Below, one piece after another: positions 57,578 to 64,000 of a stretch of DNA of 64,000 bases (the first letter of the stretch is position 1; each line of letters begins with the position of its first letter). The translations under genes and the position numbers were made by a program. Origin of the DNA: a virus; the UHGV virus genome UHGV-0179428; one strand, written 5' to 3'. Under the pieces are notes generated by a model that searched no databases, had not been told where the DNA came from, and worked only from the letters and a program-made list of their open reading frames with translations.

Positions 57578-59091
57578 TCAAGCTCCTTATCCGTCAATAT
57601 TCGTTTGTTTGAATAATAGCCACACCACAAGCCATGATATTTTTCCCCAATATAAACCAACGCGTACTCGATATACTGCCGTTCTGGACGCCGTACCGCC
57701 ACGTAGAAACGCCCTTCTGGTTCTTTCATACGGTTGATTTCTGTACGCGTCGGTATGTCGATACCTCGAGTAAGGATGGTTTTAACCTTGTTTTTGCTAC
57801 CAGGGATATGGATGGTTACGTCAAAACCTTTATCTACATTACGATAAAAGTCTTTCTTCGGCTTACCTTTCTCATCGTAAAGCAGGTCAGTAATGTCGTT
57901 CATTACGACTGAGTTTTTCCCCTCCATGGCATCACGTAACCAACCTGCAAGCTCATCACGAATCGTAATGCAGCGATAAGACAATAACGCGGGACGAAGA
58001 ATTCGTGTAATCGAAAGATCTTCAAACATCCACAGGTTTTTGTCTTCGCTAAAATGCATCCGATCGACAGGAATACCGTTAGCTGCGGCTTCTGCGAACT
58101 TCTTACGTTTTACGAATAAGTTAAAAACAACGGCGATGGGATCAAACTGACGTAAACGGGGCACCCCTTCCCACGCTTTCGCAGAGTGGGTATTTACCAA
58201 CTCGTATACGTTGTTCCATGGTTCTTTGGTAAACATTACGCAGAATTGTGCATCTGGAATGTACTTACCAACGAAGACGATATCGTCCTTCTGTTTTGCA
58301 TGGTTCCCACCGAACATGTAATAAAGTTTATTACCGTTAACTGTAACAGTGGGATGGGGTTCGTTCACCATCGGGTAACAGAACTTCGTAACACAGATAT
58401 CGGGAAAAGCGGACAAATTGACACCCTCACCAACAACTTCTGGTTGCTGATCTTCCTCAGGCATCTCGTCTTTTGACCAATACGGCGTATAGTCTAGCCC
58501 CTCCCCTCGACCAGAGATACTTGAACCCTTCCGTGCTAACTCGTCGGCACGCTCATTTCCATAACGCCCAGAATGACCTTTAATTTTAAGGACACGAACG
58601 CCTTTCCCTTCTTTCTTTAACCGCTGTTTAACCTCCCACATCCGTTGGATTAATTCCAAGTTCGCAATAGGCGTACCGTCCGCACGACGCCAACCGCGCG
58701 CAGCCCAACCATCAATCCAATCGTTATACGTGTTGACAACGTAAGATGCGTCGATGTAGATAACATAGTTTTTGGCAACGAAAGGTGCGTGTTCGAAGAC
58801 GGTCAGGAAAGCCACGAGTTCCGCAACATCAGAGTGTGACATTTTTGGTACAGGCACAACACCGTCGATAAACTCCACGGTTTCTGGTAAAGGTGGAAGT
58901 TTTTCATCCTTGTTTATCTGGCGGTATCCTGACGTCGTAATCCCCTCAGGAATAGAAGGATGGCGGTAAACCCGACCATCCTCAATCGTTTCACGATTAA
59001 ATAAGTATCCATGAATCCCCGCTCCTGTACCGAGCGGGGAGGTCAAATGGCTACCATCCGTGTAAATTACTGCAACATCAACGTTCTTCAT
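57571..59091 (-). CDS. RNase H domain fused to an uncharacterised C-terminal domain (506 aa)
   Basis: N-terminal ~190 aa carries RNase H1 catalytic motifs in order: VIYTDGS, AELVAF, IDASY, KGHSG, GNERADELA; C-terminal ~320 aa unrecognised. Confidence 0.7.
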   Translation of the reverse strand: MKNVDVAVIYTDGSHLTSPLGTGAGIHGYLFNRETIEDGRVYRHPSIPEGITTSGYRQINKDEKLPPLPETVEFIDGVVPVPKMSHSDVAELVAFLTVFEHAPFVAKNYVIYIDASYVVNTYNDWIDGWAARGWRRADGTPIANLELIQRMWEVKQRLKKEGKGVRVLKIKGHSGRYGNERADELARKGSSISGRGEGLDYTPYWSKDEMPEEDQQPEVVGEGVNLSAFPDICVTKFCYPMVNEPHPTVTVNGNKLYYMFGGNHAKQKDDIVFVGKYIPDAQFCVMFTKEPWNNVYELVNTHSAKAWEGVPRLRQFDPIAVVFNLFVKRKKFAEAAANGIPVDRMHFSEDKNLWMFEDLSITRILRPALLSYRCITIRDELAGWLRDAMEGKNSVVMNDITDLLYDEKGKPKKDFYRNVDKGFDVTIHIPGSKNKVKTILTRGIDIPTRTEINRMKEPEGRFYVAVRRPERQYIEYALVYIGEKYHGLWCGYYSNKRILTDKELEC

Positions 59092-59093
59092 TC

Positions 59094-59828
59094 TTAATCC
59101 CTGGTTAATTGATCACGAATCTGCGGCGCAACATACTCGCCCGTTTTCAGTTCTTCGTGACAGGCTTTGGCGCGTTCAAACCCGTATTGGCGAGTGACCA
59201 AAGCGAGGTGGTAAATACGTGCCGTGGTGTAGGCTTCTTTTGCTGCATCCCACATTGCGTGGTGCTCAAAAGCGGGCTTACCGCGTGTCCAGTAAATTTG
59301 CTCTACGGTTAGGTCAGGCTCGAAACCAAATGCAAAGGCTAAACGTTCTGCGGTACGATCGCTATCCAGTGCACTGAATTTACGGAACTTCCCTGGCGGA
59401 ATATCACACTGTGCGAACGCGTTCATGAAAATCGGTGCATCGAAGTCAGGACCACGCATGGTAATAACAAATTCATGTTTTGCGGTAATCTCCCCGAGCC
59501 ATTTTTGCATCGCCCACAGTGCGTCCGGCAATGCTGTCGTCCCACCCCATGCTTCCGCATAGGCTTCACGAGACGGTGCGTATTCGGGTTCGCCTTTACC
59601 TTCCCACCAACCAACGGTTTGTGGGTCTTCGTGGAAAATGGCTTTTGCTTTAGGATCGTTAGGATCAATACGGATGTATGAGGAACCGACCATTTTCAAT
59701 GTAGGGACGTCAAAAGCCACTAAACCTGCACTTAACAGATAAGCATCGGGACGTAATGATTTGGTTTCAGCATCGGCACCAATAACCAGTGTCGGCGTGT
59801 ACGGGGTGACAATTTTTGGGTAGGTCAT
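59094..59828 (-). CDS. DEDDh-type 3'-5' exonuclease (DnaQ-like)
   Basis: Exo I VIGADAET, Exo II GPDFD, Exo III HHAMWDA. Confidence 0.55.
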   Translation of the reverse strand: MTYPKIVTPYTPTLVIGADAETKSLRPDAYLLSAGLVAFDVPTLKMVGSSYIRIDPNDPKAKAIFHEDPQTVGWWEGKGEPEYAPSREAYAEAWGGTTALPDALWAMQKWLGEITAKHEFVITMRGPDFDAPIFMNAFAQCDIPPGKFRKFSALDSDRTAERLAFAFGFEPDLTVEQIYWTRGKPAFEHHAMWDAAKEAYTTARIYHLALVTRQYGFERAKACHEELKTGEYVAPQIRDQLTRD

Positions 59829-59867
59829 GTTGAATTCTCCTGTTAGTCTACATTAAAATAGTTGCAA

Positions 59868-59915
59868 ACGTTAAAAAGAAAGACCCTCCTGTACCTCGAA
59901 GGGTACAGGAGGGGG
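59868..59915 (-). terminator. Intrinsic terminator
   Basis: 12-bp stem CCCTCCTGTACC/GGTACAGGAGGG followed by TCTTTCTTTTT on the minus strand. Confidence 0.7.
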
Positions 59916-59917
59916 TG

Positions 59918-60376
59918 TCAGTACAAACACGATGTCAAGTATTGGTTATACGAATCGAGCAGCGCCTGACGGTCGGAACGGTAATTCCACAACAAATTAT
60001 TGAGTTTACGCGATAAATCACGGCTAATCTCCTGGGCCGTTAAAGAGCTCTCATCAAGAGACAAGCGTTCAGGTACAACGTGTAATTTCGGTAACTCATA
60101 GCGTTCACAAAGTGGAGCCAACATTGGTGGACTCCAGCCACGTTTAACGGCTTGCTGGTTTAAATTTCGAGTGTAGACATAAACGTAATAAGCATAGGTG
60201 TTGACATCTGCAACATACTCACGCATTGCATTCTTGTCAATTTTCCAATTCACCATTATTGGTGGTTCAGGAGGAAGTTCCAGTGGTCTATAAGCTGGAC
60301 GTTTAACTTCGTCACCGTAGCTATTACTCACCAACCCCACGAACACTACCATGATGAATAATAGCATTTTCATCAA
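59918..60376 (-). CDS. secreted protein with N-terminal signal peptide and Pro-rich segment (152 aa)
   Basis: MMKMLLFIMVVFVGLVSNSYG then charged mature region; no lipobox cysteine. Confidence 0.5.
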   Translation of the reverse strand: MMKMLLFIMVVFVGLVSNSYGDEVKRPAYRPLELPPEPPIMVNWKIDKNAMREYVADVNTYAYYVYVYTRNLNQQAVKRGWSPPMLAPLCERYELPKLHVVPERLSLDESSLTAQEISRDLSRKLNNLLWNYRSDRQALLDSYNQYLTSCLY

Positions 60377-60880
60377 TCACTCCTTAGAAGACGATAGCGT
60401 CTTTATGATCTCCTGTCGAAAACTGTTCGCGTTTAAATTACCAACAGGTCTCGCCGAAGCCTCTTTACGTTGTTCTGGTGTTGAAGCCGGATTAACAGGA
60501 GTTTCTGGTTTTGCCGAGGACAGATCCTTCGTCGTACCGCTCGCTTTCGATGAATTAAACGTGCTTTCATATGGCGGTTTCTGGCCGAGGCAAACGAAGA
60601 GTCTGTCGTATAACTTCCCATTATCTTCTTTTAGTTTATCTCGATCTTGTTTCATCTCTTGGTAAGACTGCGACATATAAGTGTCATGAGACTGCACTGC
60701 AACGAGCGCGTGAAACTGTTGTACATAGGCGTAGGAGACGAAGCCAGAATACGACAACAAGATCGTGATGATTAAAGTCATTATCTTGCTTGCTCTTGAT
60801 ACGTTTTCTCCTTCTCCTGGTTTAAATGCTTCCATTAACATCTGAAGGAAGAACGGAAGCACTTTAAAAAATGAACCCAT
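60377..60880 (-). CDS. membrane protein with single TM helix and charged coiled-coil-like domain (167 aa)
   Basis: TM segment IMTLIITILLSYSGFVSYAY; stop is followed 4 nt later by the ATG of the downstream gene, GGAG RBS inside its own 3' end. Confidence 0.5.
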   Translation of the reverse strand: MGSFFKVLPFFLQMLMEAFKPGEGENVSRASKIMTLIITILLSYSGFVSYAYVQQFHALVAVQSHDTYMSQSYQEMKQDRDKLKEDNGKLYDRLFVCLGQKPPYESTFNSSKASGTTKDLSSAKPETPVNPASTPEQRKEASARPVGNLNANSFRQEIIKTLSSSKE

Positions 60881-60905
60881 TGCTCACCTCGGAGTATTTT
60901 TAATT

Positions 60906-62279
60906 ATGTTAGACTTACAAGGTTTTATTCAGATACCGGCACTGTTTGACAATCAGGACGGCGTCACCGCTCCGGTGGGCGAGCTGTCGGATTTGACACT
61001 CTCGTACGCGAAGAGTAAACAGACGTTTACCAAAACCAATTTGCAAGTTCAATTGGTGACTTTTACGTCTAAACGAGAAAAACAGACGGTTGTTGTACCA
61101 GCCGAATTTTCTGATCATATTCTAACCGTTTCTCAATGGATATACCAGCAAGCCATCTTGGGGAATCTGAGAAATGACGAACTTGAATTCCAGCGCCTGT
61201 TACTAGGACAATTCCAATCAACCATTTCTGGCGTTCAGTCCGGTGCGATGATTCAGACGAACAGTAATTGGTTCCCACGCTGGGTGAGCTGGAAATATGA
61301 AGCAACAGCAGATCAAGTACAAGATGACACTGATGTAGATAATCAGATCATTGTTTGGTTCTCGGATGAAGACTTCGATCAAGATTACACAGGGTTCGAA
61401 ATCGAAGTACAGATGCCGATTTCACCAATCGACACATTTTTGTCGACCAAGTCAGTCGTTGAAAAGGCGATGGAAGGGTTTAACCTTACCGAACACCATA
61501 AGAAAATCAATGAGTTAATGGCAGGATTTCCTTACACCGCTATCCAAACCAACTACTATACTTGGCACGATCAAGAAAACTACGAGTCCACCCTAGTTGT
61601 CCCAATGTCGGTTATTATTTACGGCCGTGCGGGAAAAAACCCAACGAAAATAAAGCAAGCGTTGCGTGAACATATTCTCGCTAATTCTAGCTTTACTGTC
61701 CCCGTCGGGGTAAAGGTATTTCCTGAAATTTTCACTACCACGAAATTTACAATTGTTCCTGGATGGAAAATTCGTGGAATACCTAATGAGGAAGACGTAG
61801 CGGCGCTTTATTCCCCTATCCTTCCATATGATTTCTGGGTCAAAGCTATCAGTCGGTTTGGAGAATGGGCAGACCTGACGGTAGCAGAAAGAAATACTAA
61901 AACGATCAGTAAGCCTACGACAGATGTAACTGACTTACCAACCGTTTATAAATCGTTAAACTGTGTTGTAATCAGTGGGCCGGAAAACGATACGCGGAAA
62001 GCGACCTTACACGAAACTATCCCGGATTATGCGTTAATTGCGACGACTAATCCTGATATTGCGCGTATGTCGAAAACAACGACCGAATGGTTGGCGTTAT
62101 TCTTCCAGGCACTTATTGCTGCGGAAGAATACCACCCGTATCAAACCAGCTTAGACATTGTAAAACTGGTCGATGAGGCAGACCCTGATAACTATTTCTG
62201 GGTATTTGAGTACGATAATGTGGAATATCGAATCCTGTCTCGGAAAGCGAAATGGTACAGCGAGTTAGACGAGGAGTAA
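60906..62279 (+). CDS. hypothetical protein (457 aa)
   Basis: ORF only. Confidence 0.55.
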   Translation: MLDLQGFIQIPALFDNQDGVTAPVGELSDLTLSYAKSKQTFTKTNLQVQLVTFTSKREKQTVVVPAEFSDHILTVSQWIYQQAILGNLRNDELEFQRLLLGQFQSTISGVQSGAMIQTNSNWFPRWVSWKYEATADQVQDDTDVDNQIIVWFSDEDFDQDYTGFEIEVQMPISPIDTFLSTKSVVEKAMEGFNLTEHHKKINELMAGFPYTAIQTNYYTWHDQENYESTLVVPMSVIIYGRAGKNPTKIKQALREHILANSSFTVPVGVKVFPEIFTTTKFTIVPGWKIRGIPNEEDVAALYSPILPYDFWVKAISRFGEWADLTVAERNTKTISKPTTDVTDLPTVYKSLNCVVISGPENDTRKATLHETIPDYALIATTNPDIARMSKTTTEWLALFFQALIAAEEYHPYQTSLDIVKLVDEADPDNYFWVFEYDNVEYRILSRKAKWYSELDEE

Positions 62280-62282
62280 TGA

Positions 62283-62906
62283 ATGGCTACGCGTTTACCA
62301 CTACAGGTACCAGTCAACACCACGGGTCTGTTTAAAGTAAAAACACCATTTACTTTAGCCGAGACAGTCATTTATACGGTAGAGGCATCGCGTACCTTCC
62401 CAGATTTAGTACGTCAGAATATCGACGTTTATAATTCGTATTACCAGCCAGCAGGGCTAGGGCGTGAAGAATATTTAGCAGATGCGAATGTTAGTGCGTC
62501 GATTTTGACATTTAAATCTCGTGATGGTCAAGTTGTATACATACCTGACACCTACCTGGAATCATACCCAGGTTTATCCGGGATCACGTATCAACGAAAT
62601 GTGTTAGTGGTAGATTTGGCACTAGTACCGGATTACGTGAAAGTGTCGTCTATAACAAAAGACGTTTCAGATATTCTCACGCATACTCTGGGGATTGAAC
62701 CGAAAGTTGAAATTACAACTCTCGAGTATGAGGGGAAGGTAACGGAGGAACAACACTTGCAGATGGAAGCGGCACGAAAAAATAAAATTCGTGAATCTAT
62801 TCCATTAGGTGAGAAAGTTGCTGCGTTGACAGAAGAAAACAAAAAATTAAAAGAGTTAAACAACCAGATGTTAGAGATTCTTAAAGCTAACGGGTTAGTT
62901 AACTAA
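62283..62906 (+). CDS. hypothetical protein with C-terminal coiled-coil-like segment (207 aa)
   Basis: Translationally coupled to the upstream gene; terminator downstream. Confidence 0.55.
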   Translation: MATRLPLQVPVNTTGLFKVKTPFTLAETVIYTVEASRTFPDLVRQNIDVYNSYYQPAGLGREEYLADANVSASILTFKSRDGQVVYIPDTYLESYPGLSGITYQRNVLVVDLALVPDYVKVSSITKDVSDILTHTLGIEPKVEITTLEYEGKVTEEQHLQMEAARKNKIRESIPLGEKVAALTEENKKLKELNNQMLEILKANGLVN

Positions 62907-62950
62907 AAAAGATTACCCTACTCCCGAAGGAGTAGGGTAGCTTTTATTTT
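62907..62950. terminator. Bidirectional intrinsic terminator
   Basis: Stem TACCCTACTCC-CGAA-GGAGTAGGGTA (62914-62939) flanked by A6 and T-tract. Confidence 0.75.
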
Positions 62951-63497
62951 AAATGTCGACTTCTAGTTTACGGTAATCGATGACACCTTGAGCAATCATA
63001 GCAGCAACATCGTTCCAAGTACGAAAAATGAAGTAAACGGTATCCCCGTTTAAATAGATGTTGGATTCTTTATCCGGGAAATCATCTTCGCTAAGGTAAT
63101 AGTAGGGTCTGTCGAATGGGAAGTCACGTTCATCAGAGGAGCCAAGTACCGCATAACGATTGCCACAATCAAACAGAATCTTCCAACCAGACATTTCACT
63201 ATTAATGTCAATACGATCGGCGATTTCAACGGTAATAGGGGAATGATCAAGAAAACTGATCGTAATGTCTCCGTTATAACGTTTGAATCGCCAAATATCT
63301 GTAGGTACGATTTCAGACGCCGCTATAAGGGAATAAAGTTGTGTTGAGGTGATCTTTTTGTAAACGTTAGTTCCATCTCCAAAGTGGTTATATAAGAAAT
63401 TAGCCAGGAAATTTATATCCTTTAAACGTGAGCGGAAAACAGAACCACGGCGAATACCGTAAGCCAGATGAGTTAAATATTCAGACGATGGAAACAT
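62949..63497 (-). CDS. hypothetical protein (182 aa)
   Basis: Single gene between two terminators. Confidence 0.5.
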   Translation of the reverse strand: MFPSSEYLTHLAYGIRRGSVFRSRLKDINFLANFLYNHFGDGTNVYKKITSTQLYSLIAASEIVPTDIWRFKRYNGDITISFLDHSPITVEIADRIDINSEMSGWKILFDCGNRYAVLGSSDERDFPFDRPYYYLSEDDFPDKESNIYLNGDTVYFIFRTWNDVAAMIAQGVIDYRKLEVDI

Positions 63498-63524
63498 TTT
63501 AATACTCCTAAGATGGAAAAAAGA

Positions 63525-63559
63525 ATTAACCCTACTCCCGGAGGAGTAGGGGACTTAAA
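63525..63559 (-). terminator. Intrinsic terminator
   Basis: Stem CCCTACTCC/GGAGTAGGG (63530-63551). Confidence 0.7.
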
Positions 63560-63988
63560 TTATTTTTTGGTTTGGCCCAGCTTTTCAAGAACCAGTTCAC
63601 GAATGTACTTTTGAGTACGTTTCTTCGGTGGTAAAGCCATAAGGGTGTCAACGATTTCCTGGCCGCTGATAACCTTGCTGACGAGTTGTTGAACTTGGAA
63701 GAGTTCCGCTTCTTCGTCGCTAATTTCGCTAGATTGATCTTTCTGACACAATGCTTCTACCAGGTCAGCTACGGATATTTCATTTTCGTCACCAGGGAAA
63801 TCCAGGTTTAACGATTCGAAAACATCACGCTTAACGAGCACAGATTTCAGATCGTCGTAGTTTTCACAAACGGCGACTTCTGTGCCAGGTACTGTTTCTT
63901 CTTCGTCTTGAACTTTATTCTCAGCGGAGAAGTAACTTACTTTTGTTGCATGGAATGTTGCGTCAGCTTTTCTCAGGACGTGGCTCAC
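63560..63988 (-). CDS. acidic protein, probably truncated at window edge
   Basis: Reading frame stays open to position 64000; first codon in the track is GTG. Confidence 0.45.
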   Translation of the reverse strand: MSHVLRKADATFHATKVSYFSAENKVQDEEETVPGTEVAVCENYDDLKSVLVKRDVFESLNLDFPGDENEISVADLVEALCQKDQSSEISDEEAELFQVQQLVSKVISGQEIVDTLMALPPKKRTQKYIRELVLEKLGQTKK

Positions 63989-64000
63989 ATGCGCCCAGTT

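Noticed and set aside
1-64000. CRISPR array, integrase, transposase or other mobile element
   Set aside because: No regularly spaced direct repeats with unique spacers, and no recombinase or transposase motifs seen in any ORF; the repeated hairpins are terminators at gene ends.

Overview
The window reads as one contiguous piece of a large tailed dsDNA phage genome, with no host-like genes. I infer (not verified) a phiKZ-like jumbo phage of an enterobacterial host, from: a multisubunit-RNAP beta-prime-like fragment carrying a DYDGD motif, an adjacent 1388-aa protein, a 2388-aa virion protein with a lytic transglycosylase domain, a terminase large subunit with an RQxGKT Walker A, and E. coli-like codon usage and intrinsic terminators. 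Roughly 0.7-37.5 kb is a morphogenesis block (terminase, candidate tail sheath and tube, large virion proteins, RNAP fragment) in alternating strand units. Roughly 37.5-64 kb is mostly minus-strand small genes in terminator-delimited units, including thymidylate synthase, MazG-like, HD-domain and HAD-nucleotidase enzymes, an RNase H fusion, a DEDDh exonuclease and a RecA/UvsX-like ATPase. No rRNA, tRNA, CRISPR array, integrase or transposase was recognised. Most worth follow-up: a HEPN-like Rx4H protein with a membrane anchor, a possible CYTH-like protein, a paralogous gene pair sharing a C-terminal AHIRRAHW motif, a recurring intergenic motif GATAATATCT(A/G)TC, hairpins abutting ribosome-binding sites, two small ORFs missing from the ORF track, and a 690-bp non-coding region full of hairpins at the window start. 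All domain calls come from motif inspection by eye; no database search or structure prediction was run.
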